From positions 57,722,001-57,786,000 of the forward strand of contig NW_027362768.1 in the NCBI RefSeq assembly GCF_046119375.1: a stretch of 64,000 bases of DNA, read 5' to 3'. This document shows, one piece after another, positions 1 through 10,720 of this stretch. Numbering within the stretch: the stretch's first letter is position 1; each line of letters starts with the position of its first letter. The notes beneath the pieces are model-generated. The model saw only the letters and a program-made list of their open reading frames with translations, was not told the origin of the DNA and searched no databases. Both the position numbers and the translations under genes were made by a program. The stretch comes from Phyllobates terribilis. Lineage: Eukaryota.

Positions 1-40
1 GATGAAGCCACTTTGCGTGGCGACACGCGTTGGGCACTGA
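1..40 (+). ncRNA. Degenerate PLE-type minimal hammerhead motif cut by window edge
   Basis: GATGAAGCCAC-loop-GTGGC-GACACGCGTTGGG: stem II GCCAC/GTGGC, GAAA mutated to GACA, palindromic ACGCGT stem III. Confidence 0.55.
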
Positions 41-1366
41 GGTCCCAGCTTCACCTTCCAGAGCACATGCTGTTTTAAATTAAGTATATGCATTTAGGGT
101 CATGTTGCGGGTCTAGATCGCCATACTGTGCGGGGAGCTGCTTTTCCTGCCCTTATAGTCATGGTGACTAATTTTTTGCAGATATTTATTTTTGGTATAT
201 TGTTTGTTTATTGAATAATCTTTGTTTGCACTTTGACTATTCTAACTGAATGTGTATTACATCATTGGCCTGGCACCCGGGCATATGGGGAATAGGCATT
301 TACCAATTGATTGAAAACCACTGCTTATTTTGATCATGCAAACATAGTGTGTAATGTACCACTTCTTGTCTTGGGTGTGTGCAATATAGGGCTTGTGCAA
401 ATATTGACCACTACAGATATTCTATACAGCTTGTGTGGTTTGTTTGATTATGTGCATTATTTGCACTCTATTCTTTAATATCATGGAAAGGTTTCTTGAG
501 TAGCTGGCTCGTCACATAGTGGTTCATTCCACTTTTTTAATGGTGTTTTAAATTTGTTGGTATGTCCTTTACTTGTGTCTGATGAGATTTAAATACAATT
601 AATTAATGTACTTTAAAATATATATATCTCTTTTCTTCATCTATTATTTTGGTGATCACTGCTTATATGCACGTTCTTTCTCTGCTTGTTAGTCTATGTC
701 ATTTTTTTTGCGTGCAGCAGGTGGATCCCAATCACCAGATGGTGCCCTCCTTAACTGGTTGTTGTTCTAGTCAGTTTTTAATCACATGATGTCATAGACC
801 TGATGGAAAACAGAAGAATTACCTGGGTATAAAGGCAAAATGAGCAATTATAAGTACACAATGTTATATAATATGATGACTGCAATATATTAAGAGGAGA
901 ACTATTTTGATGGGAGGAGGAGGAGTGCTTCTTTAATTACTTTGTGTCTGCCTGCTAGCAGGTGCAGCTATAACCCTAGGTCATGTGTCCCCAAAGTGAA
1001 CTTTGATCTGTTGGTGCCTTATGGAGGGGATCCCAAGAACTTGAGAATGAAGTGGACACAGAGCTGTTTTAGCCCTATGCCAGATTGTCAAACAGGGCAC
1101 CGCATGGCTCTTATATGACCAGCTGAAAGGTAAAGGTCCCATTGATGCCACTAGTCTGGTATCAGCCAACTTTAGTGTTAAAGGGGTGGTCCAAAATCAA
1201 AGCGGAGTTTAATCATAAATATCTATTAAATCTAATAATCTAAACGCTTTTCTAATATATGTTAATTAAAAATTCTTTACTTTCTACTTTTTTTTTTTTT
1301 TTATAACTTCCGATTTGATATAGTTTTGTTTTATAATCCATATGTATGAAAGAAAAAAAAGATATA

Positions 1367-3003
1367 CAGTTAGGTCCATATATATTTGGACAGAGACAAC
1401 ATTTTTCTAATTTTGGTTCTAGACATTACCACAATGAATTTTAAACAAAACAATTCAGATGCAGTTGAAGTTCAGACTTTCAGCTTTCATTTGAGGGTAT
1501 CCACATTAAAATTGGATGAAGGGTTTAGGAGTTTCAGCTCCTTAACATGTGCCACCCTGTTTTTAAAGGGACCAAAAGTAGTTGGACAATTGACTCCAAG
1601 GCTATTTCATGGACAGGTGTGGGCAATCCCTTCGTTATGTCATTCTCAATTAAGTAGATAAAAGGCCTGGAGTGGATTTGAGGTGTGGTGCTTGCATTTG
1701 GAAGGTTTTGCTGTGAAGTAAACATGCGGTCAAAAGGAGCTCTCCATGCAGGTGCAACAAGCCATCCTTAAGCTGCAAAAACAGAAAAAACCCATCCGCG
1801 AAATTGCTACAATATTAGGAGTTGCAAAATCTACAGTTTGGTACATCCTGAGAAAGAAAGAAAGCACTGGTGAACTCATCAACGCAAAAAGACCTGGGCA
1901 CCCACGGAAGACAACAGTGGTGGATGATCGCAGAATAATCTCCATGGTGAAGAGAAACACCTTCACAACAGCCAACCAAGTGAACAACACTCTCCAGGAG
2001 GTAGGCGTATCAATATCCAAATCTACCATAAAAAGAAGACTGCATGACAGTAAATACAGAGGGTTCACTGCACGGTGCAAGCCACTCATAAGCATCAAGA
2101 ATAAAAAGGCTAGACTGGACTTTGCTAAAAAACAACTAAAAAAGCCAGCACAGTTCTGGAAGAACATTCTTTGGACAGATGAAACCAAGATCAACCTCTA
2201 CCAGAATGATGGAAAGAGAAAAGTATGGCGAAGGCGTGGTACAGCTCATGATCCAAAGCATACCACATCATCTGTAAAACACGGCGGAGGCAGTGTGATG
2301 GCTTGGGCATGCATGGCTGCCAGTGGTACTGGGTCACTAGTGTTTATTGATGATGTGACACAGGACAGAAGCAGCCGAATGAATTCTGATGTATTCAGTG
2401 CCTGTGTGCTAAGATCCAGCCAAACTGATTGGTCGTCGTTTCATACTACAGATGGACAATGACCCAAAACATAAAGCCAAAGCAACCCAGGAGTTTATTA
2501 AAGCAAAGAAGTGGAATATTCTTAAATGGCCAAGTCAGTCAGCCGATCTCAACCCAATTGAGCATGCATTTCACTTGTTAAAGACTAAACTTCAGACAGA
2601 AAGGCCCACAAACAAACAGCAACTGAAAACCACCGCAGTGAAGGCCTGGCAGAGCATCAAAAAGGAGGAAACACAGAGTCTGGTGATGTCCATGAGTTCA
2701 AGACTTCAGGCAGTCATTGCCAACAAAGGGTTTTCAACCAAGTACTAGAAATGAACATATTATTTACAATTATTTAATCTGTCCAATTACTTTTGGTCCC
2801 TTTAAAAACAGGGTGGCACATGCTAAGGAGCTGAAACTCCTAAACCCTTCATCCAATTTTAATTTGGCTACCCTCAAATGAAAGCTGAAAGTCTGAACTT
2901 CAACTGCATCTGAATTGTTTTGTTTAAAATTCATTGTGGTAATGTCTAGAACCAAAATTAGAAAAATGTTGTCTCTGTCCAAATATATATATGGACCTAA
3001 CTG
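1367..3003 (+). mobile_element. Full-length Tc1-family DNA transposon, frameshifted DD34E transposase
   Basis: ~225-bp TIRs (CAGTTAGGTCCATA...), TA flanks at 1365-66 and 3004-05. ORFs 1746..2462 and 2452..2748 carry HTH, WTDETK, and MDND...NPIE with 34 residues between D and E. A small deletion near 2395 breaks the frame. Confidence 0.95.
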
Positions 3004-3779
3004 TATATACACAAAGGTGATCACCTAGAATTACTTTATTAGACAAAACTTTAACAAGCCACAAATAAGGGAATTAAAAACATTAAAAAAAAGGCCATAA
3101 AAGGCCATGATGCATACCACTAAAAACAATGATAAATGTATACAAGATTAATCAATCCACTCACTTGGTATGATATACAAAGTGCATTTGATAGTACATA
3201 AAACTAGGGTTTACAGTGGCACTGCAAATTGGGACAGTGACCACTCAGTGTCCTACCAAGAGCTATGATATTGGTTTTTAGTAAACTATTAAAGAAAAAT
3301 ATATATAAAAAATATATATATATAAAATTTGTGCTGGATAAATAAACTTTGAGAGCTATGATGATAAAAATAGAGAGGTTTCATAATCAATGTTTTTTTA
3401 AAATAAGCAATTAATAGTTGTTACATTGTTTTTATTCGCATTATTCATTTCAACATAGATAGTCAGGATTTAGGGTGGTGGTCCTATTGAGGAGTAAGTA
3501 GGAGGGATGTGGTATGGTACAAGGTACCAGTGGTCCCCTAGTAGAGAGGAAGAGTTAGGTATGAAATTGGAAGATATAATCTGGACAAAGGTATTAGAGG
3601 ATGTTCGTAGTACCTTTATGGGGCCGGAGGAAGTTGATTCTTGGATGGAGAGGCTGGCTTATATAAGTACTGATAGTATGAGAGCTGGGAGAAAAATGAA
3701 TCTGAATCTGCAAAAAATTATGTCCTAAAAATCCAGAGATACCCTTTTGAAAGGAAAAAACCCTAAAACTCATTCCAAA

Positions 3780-4600
3780 TTAAGCAATACTATACTAGAT
3801 GCCCCAATAATTGTACAATTTAATTCCACACACACCTTTAACGTCAAATTGTGAGAAAACATTGGGATCCCCTTAAGTATGACAAAATCCTGGGGGATAA
3901 GATACCACCTAAACCTAAATTTATATACAGAAAAGCTAGTAATTTGAGAAACATGATTGCCCCTTCAATAAGAATCCCGCCAAATCCTACTATTTCCTAT
4001 AGTCTATTCACCAAAAACCTTAAAAGTATTTTTCCATGTAAAAAGTGTAACGCATGCAAACATTCACTTTCCACTAAAAAGAAAACCATCAGCACGGATC
4101 AAAAAGTACACCCCATTAAGGACTTTATTACATGTACCACAACAGGAGTTATCTACTGCCTGAAACACCCATGGAATAAATTGTACGTGGGACGCACTAA
4201 ACACCCCATGTTCAAAAATATTAATGAACACCTTCGGAATATTAAAACCAATATCAGGGACACCCTCTAAACACTTCCTAGAAGCTCATTGGGAACGCAT
4301 ACAGGGAACACAAGTACTGGGGATCCAAGTGGTAAAAAAACACTGGCGAAAAGGGGACTACATTAAAAGTATGTCCCGAGCCGAAAGTGCATGGATTTTT
4401 AAGTTAGACACAAGGAAACCCAAAAAGGATTGAACAGCGAAATAGAGCAGTTTGCATTTAATACTTGACTGGATATATTTAATTCACCTTGACCAATCAC
4501 AGGAAAGAACTCCCTATATAATGGACCAAGAGTGGTAATGGGACCATCCCTGATGGAGACCGTGTGTCTCCGAAACGCGTAGGAACTATTTTGGCCCTTC
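3780..4600 (+). mobile_element. Penelope-like retroelement 3' remnant: GIY-YIG endonuclease plus hammerhead-like motif
   Basis: CKKCNACKH...FITCTTTGVIYCLKH...KLYVGRTK...NEHLRNIK...AESAWIFKLDT is the PLE GIY-YIG domain with its Cys motif. Followed by CCCTGATGGAGAC-loop-GTCTCCGAAACGCGTAGG at ~4548-4583. Confidence 0.88.
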
Positions 4601-7600
4601 TACCGCTCCATACATAGTGATCACCGCGTGACTACTAAGTCAAGGCAGTTCCTTGAATACCGCTGCACCAAGTCGCCTATAAGTGCGAGTCGCCAGCCTC
4701 GACTCCGCTTCACCACGCTGAAGCCAAATCTCTGCTCACTGCAACTATCCACGGGATGCCGAACAGCCCCCTGGAGCCATTCCTTAGACCAGACGCTACC
4801 GGATACAGCCACAAAATGAGGCTTCTTGCATCCGCCTGCATCCTTCTGCACTCTTCTGCTGTCAGCACGCTGCCAGTGTTACAGCGCAACACAGCAACCA
4901 GGAATTACGCTGAAGACAGGGCAAACACCTGCTGAGCCCTGTACTGACTAAAGCACCGCGGTTTCTTGTATGGAATAACATATCCATTAAGAACTCCGAT
5001 ATTTGCAGCACTTGTAAGTGGATACCACTGCCACACCAAGTATATCTTTTTGTACTTTCTCATAAGTTGTGCACATTAACCTTAGAACGCATACCTGGGG
5101 CCTCGCAGGCCCACCCTGTTAATTGTTTTCTATTTTCTGCAAGATTACTTTAGTTAGAATTTTGAAACTCTAGGTATTCCTCAGGTATATAGTTGTTTGT
5201 CATTTCCAGTTGTTCATTTATTTTTATGTTACAGGCATTTTCGGTATAACAACTTTTTTGAAAATACCCATTTTTATGGTCATGCGTTCTAGGGTTAAGT
5301 ACTTGCCAAAACTAACCTCTATTTCTCCCTTAGACCCCAACAACCCTCAGTGGCAAGCCCTCTCGCCTGAGCATATCTGTATACACCCATATGGTCCTAA
5401 CAGGTTAGGCACGGGCATATTCACCTATACAGGGAGCTAAAGCGGCAATACTCCTTCTTGGTCTGGATTTTGGTTCCACACATTCCAGGTACAAAAACTC
5501 TAATCCACCAGCCAGTTAGTTCCCCCTAATCCCACTACTTACAGCACCCCTCCCCCTCCCTTTTTTCCCTATTAGGTCCCAATAGGACAAGGATCTTCAT
5601 TTATTCTCCTCTCCAACCAGGGAGCTTATACATCTGAAACCCTATCAATCAGGTAACTATAACCTACTCTAATATTGAGATTAATCGTACATCCTATTTT
5701 TAATATTCATTTTTCTCCCAGCTCTCATATTATCAGTACTTATATAAGCAAGTCTCTCCATCCAAGAATGAACTTCCTCCGGCCCTATAAAGGTCCCAAC
5801 CTGGCTTCTCCGAACATACCCATGGGTTCCAGGTGACCGGAGGGTCCCAACCAGGTTTCACCAAGCATATCCCTGGTGTTAGGTGACCGGAGGGACACAA
5901 TCCTAGCTTCTCCAAAAGTATCCATGGGTTCAGTGATATTCAATGGAACAGATCCATGTTCTTCCAGCTGGGGCGGTGGTCCTTTAAGCTGACATCCTGT
6001 AGGGTCAAATATGTGTCCCTCTTGATGGAGCCATGTGTACTGGTTACTGTTCTGAAGAGTCTCTATTGGCTGTGATTTTGTAAAGTTCCTCTCAAAAGGA
6101 TAGGGGTCCTTTTTATATCCACATCTGTGGTTCATGTCATCATCCACAGGTCAATGGGGAGGTGGGATGAGTTTAACTCTCAATGTTTGAGCATTTAATC
6201 GATCTGCATAGTTCCTCCTCTGTTTTGCGAGTCAACAAGTCACAGGGCCCACACAATAGTCAATTAACATATTTAGCAAACATCAATTGTTCAATGACCC
6301 TGCATCTCGGTCTTGCAAAGTTAGCAGACAATAAGTTGCAGTAAATATCACTCAAGCGTCAACATTCAGGCTTAAACAAATAGTTTCTTGACTAAATAAA
6401 AATAAAAATTCAAAAGTCAAAGAAAATAACCTATGTCCCCTGGCCTACTGAATTTACGTCTGGATAATTAAGACTGAATGCTGCGTTGTCACACTTATGC
6501 ACAAAATTTAGATTTTGTCTGCTACCATAAGATCATCATGTCTATCTGTTTACAACATGTAAAATATATTAATTACACTATTATATAACAGGTTATTCTC
6601 TATTATCGTGCAAGATCCACGTACATGTAACATTCCTTTCCTATTTTAAGTGTATATAGTTTCATTGTAGCTAACAGAGGGATATCTTTTTGGGCAGCTA
6701 AGGGATAGACCCAAGACCCATTAGACTGGGTCTTTGTTTTTGTGTTATGCATCATGGCCTTTTTAAAATGTTTTCAATTCCCTTTTTTGTGGCTTGTTAA
6801 CGTTTTGTCTAGTAAAGTAATGCTAGGTGATCACCTTTGTATATATACACACACCTTTTTTCTTTCATACATTTGGTACACTGCTTGGTATCTTATGGTA
6901 GATCCTTATGTATATGGAAGTGGTGCCCCCATCAAATTTATTTTCTCTTGTGCATCCACAGTGCATGCTGGGACACTCAAGAGGAACGTCACAAGTGGCT
7001 GGGTCTCCAGTCACTGCCACAGCTGCTACCACTATCCTGGAACAAAGTCATCAGTCACATCCATTTCAAGGGCTGGAATAGTCCCCGCTATACTGACCAT
7101 GTGCCCAGTTGTCAATTTCAACGCATGATCAGTATGAGCTCCCTGCTGACTGCACAATTTTCCTTTAAATGCGCAGTGACAGTGAACTCCCTTGTCGACA
7201 CTAATGAGAAGTAAGAAGACAGCAAGTGAGTGTGCTCATTAATAATTTTTATTTATATAGCGTCAACATATTTCCGCAGCACTTTACACTCATAGAAAAA
7301 AAGAATGCGGCGAGCAAGCAGTGAGCACAAACCAGCCCCCGAAACAGTCGCCACTGATGACATATTGAAATAAAGTTTAACACTGCTACCGTTTAGAAGA
7401 AAGACGCTAAATTGGTGCCGACACGCCATCAAAATGGAGCGTCAAATGCCACCTTATTCAGACAGTACAGTGCCTTAAAAGGTTGTGCGTTACGTGGAAC
7501 TGCTCTATTCGTAGGCTCACCCCCACCTTTGCTTTTACCATCATTTTCTGCACACTAGACCGCGCCAATTTAGCATCTTTCTTCTAATGTATAATTACTC

Positions 7601-7708
7601 TACTCTGGTTTGTTGAACCATGTGAAAGTCCTCTGTAAAAAGGATCACACCAGGAGACGGCAGGTACTACTGTCCCTCCAACCCATTTACAGGGCGAGCT
7701 ACACTTTT

Positions 7709-7925
7709 AGGCCACGGCCTCACTATCACTATTTGTTCAGTATTCGGTCAGTAATTTTTCTCAGGAGTGGGAGCCAAAACCAGGAGTGGGTGATAAATGC
7801 AGAATTGGTGCACTTGTTTCTATTAGACCTTTTCTCTGATTGTTCCTCACCTGGTTTTGGCTCCCACTCCTGAAAAAAAGTACTGACAGAATACTGACCA
7901 AATACTGATAGTGGGGCCATGGCCT
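7709..7925. mobile_element. Palindromic T2/Kolobok-like MITE (~217 bp)
   Basis: Ends AGGCCACGGCC...GGCCATGGCCT, long internal inverted repeat (CAGGAGTGGGAGCCAAAACCAGG / CCTGGTTTTGGCTCCCACTCCTG). A relative lies at ~46860-47035. Confidence 0.8.
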
Positions 7926-8215
7926 TAGACATTAAAAAGGTGAACACCACTTTGTTGGGTATGTCTGCTTTGTATAGTAATCTGTGAGAACGTATAACAC
8001 GAGGCATCGTCCTTTCTATGCTATTTTGCATTAATTCTGGAGCTGCAGAAATTATAAGATGCATAAGTCACAAGACAAAGAAAAACAAAATAAACAAGCT
8101 ACTCTCTATCATCCCATTGCCCTGTCCCACCCTCATGGTTCAGAGTCTAACACAGTAGTGAATGCACAAAATAGGTGAACAGAACACAAAATCATGCTTT
8201 ACTTGCAGTCCTCAC

Positions 8216-8312
8216 CATTAAGATGTTCCAGCTGTTGGGCTCGGCGCTCATTGGTTTGAACTAGATCTCTTTTTTCAGAATCAGCTGAATCTCTGGCTCT
8301 TGTTAACTGACT
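8216..8312 (-). CDS. TPR: TPR coding exon 4 (97 nt)
   Basis: Acceptor CTTTTTAG, donor ATG|GTGAGG. Encodes SQLTRARDSADSEKRDLVQTNERRAQQLEHLN, like human [32 protein letters not shown]. Later exons were not found in the window. Confidence 0.93.
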
Positions 8313-8389
8313 CTAAAAAGCAGAAACGTGAGTAACATTACTATGAGAGAAGAGTAACAAGCTGCCAAGTTCCACAATGACCGTCACTA

Positions 8390-8806
8390 TTAGGGCAGGT
8401 GCAGACGACAGTGTATTCTCTAGAGTGAAATGGGACCATTATGCTGATGACAATAAGATCAGAGTGTCTGCATAGTTTGGTCCAATTCTCTTAGATGAGG
8501 AAAAGATGCAAAACAAAAAAAAAAAAAAGTTCTCCATCTTCTCCATTCTGTCAGTCTGTGAAAGTCAGACTGCACTCAAATGTCATACGAGTGCAATCCA
8601 ATGGTTTCACTGACTTGCATAAGAGAGTGCAATCTAAAAATCAGATCAAATTCAGGCATGCAGCGATTTGTTCCATGGATGGGTGGGGGGGGCAAGGGAA
8701 TCTGACATGTTGACGTCCCTATAGACTAACATTGGTCCGGGTGTGATCTGATGTTTTGTCGGATTGCACTCGAACTGATAATTCAGCAATATGCATCTGC
8801 CCTTAG
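8390..8806. mobile_element. T2-like MITE (AGGGCAG...CTGCCCT); relatives at ~23060-23430/30949-31000 and ~59395-59750
   Basis: Terminal inverted ends and shared internal palindromic blocks among the copies. Confidence 0.65.
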
Positions 8807-10671
8807 GGAAGAAAATATATATTAACATCCAAGGCTGTTGGGAACACACACACACACACACCATTTTTGTCAGAGCTGTTCATTCATACACACACACACA
8901 CACACACAGATAATCCAATCTGTCACTGCAGTAGTCTCAGACTCCGCAGGGTAAATGGACCGCACATAGAAAAAAAAAATTGAAGTTGATAGGCTGTATT
9001 CCCTGAGGGACGAGATGATGTTTTCAGTGATATTTTCTTCCTGTACGACTTTTTATTCAATTTTTTTGTGTATCAGTGTAATAAAAAAGCTACTTGTGTT
9101 TTATTTTTTAGTATTTTTTACAGTGATCATCACATGGGTTATAGATCACTTTCATCACATTGGTTATTGTAGACACGGCAATACTAAATATGTACTTTAA
9201 TTTAATTTTTATCAAAAAGAGTTTTTAAATAGGTAAATATTTTTTCACACTATTCAGACTTTTTTTTACATTTTTTTTTTCCTTAGTCAATATATGTGAC
9301 TAACTTTTACTTGCCTGATCACTGATAATACCATGCAATATTTCTGTACTGCAGAATATTAGATCTGTCAGTTTTACACTGACTCTTTGCCTGTTAGACC
9401 CTGCTTATTGCAGGGCCTTACAGGCCACCACTATTGACAGTGGGATCTAAGTGTTTATCGGGAGTGTCAGCACAGAATGACTGTTCATACAAAGCACAGA
9501 CACCCCAAGAACCATGGCTATAAATTTAAGTACACCTTCCCACATATTTATTTTTTCTTTATCTTCACTACCCCTCTTCTTTGATTGACAGCTCTGGCTT
9601 TCTAAATCTAGAGAAGGGTGGAGATGCAGTCATGCCCGAAAGAGTTGGTACTCTTGAAATGGTTCCAGAAAATAAAGTATTTCTCCTGAAAATTATTGCA
9701 ATTAAACGTTTTGTTATACACGCAAAGAAATTAAACGTGTATTGGAACAACACAAAAAATAGACAAATTGGATACAATTTCACACAAAACCCCCAAAATG
9801 GGCCAAGGAAAATTGTTGCCACCTTTCCAAAAATTTGAGTAAACAACTTTGTGTCAAGCATGTGATGCTCGTTCAAACTCACCTGTGGCAAGTAACAGGT
9901 GTGGGCAATATGAAATTCACATCTGAAAACAGATAAGAGGGGAGAAATGGATTCAATCTGTGTGTCTGTGTGTGCCACACTAAGCATGGAGAAGAGAAAG
10001 AAGAGAAGATAACTGCCTGACGACTTGAGACCAAAAATTGTTGAACAATAGCAACAATCTCAAGGTTACAAGTTGGGAGAAGGCACCCTTCAAATATGAG
10101 AGACCTGGAGCAGTTTGCAAAAAAAGAGTGGTCCAAAATTCCAGTTGAGAAGTGTAAGAAGCTTGTTGATGGTTATAGGAAGTGATTGATTACGCAGTTA
10201 TTTAACCACTTTACCCCCGAGGGTGGTTTGCACGTTAATAACCGGGAACTACTCCGGAACGCTTCAATGGATCTCCCTGATTTTGAGATTGTTTTTTTTC
10301 GGGACATATTGTACTTCATGATAGTGTTAACATTTCTTCGATATGACTTGCGTTGGTGAAAAAAAACACGGAAATTTGATGAAAATTTTGCAATTTTCAA
10401 AATTTAAATTTTTATGCCCTTAAATCAGATAGATATGTCACACAAAATACTTAACATTTCCCACATGTCTACTTTACATCAGCACAATTTTGGAACCAAA
10501 TTTTTTTTTAGGGAGCTATAAGGGTTAAAAGTTGACCAGCGATTTTGAAATTTTCCAATATAGGGAAAATATATATTCTTGTACCATGTTAGCCAGTGGA
10601 TAGAAAAATATTTAGATTTGAGAGTCCTCAGTGGTTGATACCTTTTAATGGCTAACTGAAAAGATCGTAAC

Positions 10672-10720
10672 AAATTGCAAGCTTTCGAGACTACTCAAGT
10701 CTCTTCATCAGGCTAATATA
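10672..10720 (-). ncRNA. Minimal type-I hammerhead ribozyme motif (PLE/retrozyme type)
   Basis: Minus strand reads GC-CTGATGA-A-GAGAC-TTGAGTA-GTCTC-GAAAGCTTGC: intact CUGAUGA and GAAA cores, 5-bp stem II, palindromic AAGCTT stem III. Confidence 0.75.

Noticed and set aside
6742-7214. Overlapping 128-aa and 125-aa ORFs
   Set aside because: Low-complexity AT-rich intronic sequence with no recognisable homology.
1-8215. Search for TPR exon 5 (expected DVKRLNEKL-like)
   Set aside because: No matching segment with splice sites found by eye; it probably lies before position 1.
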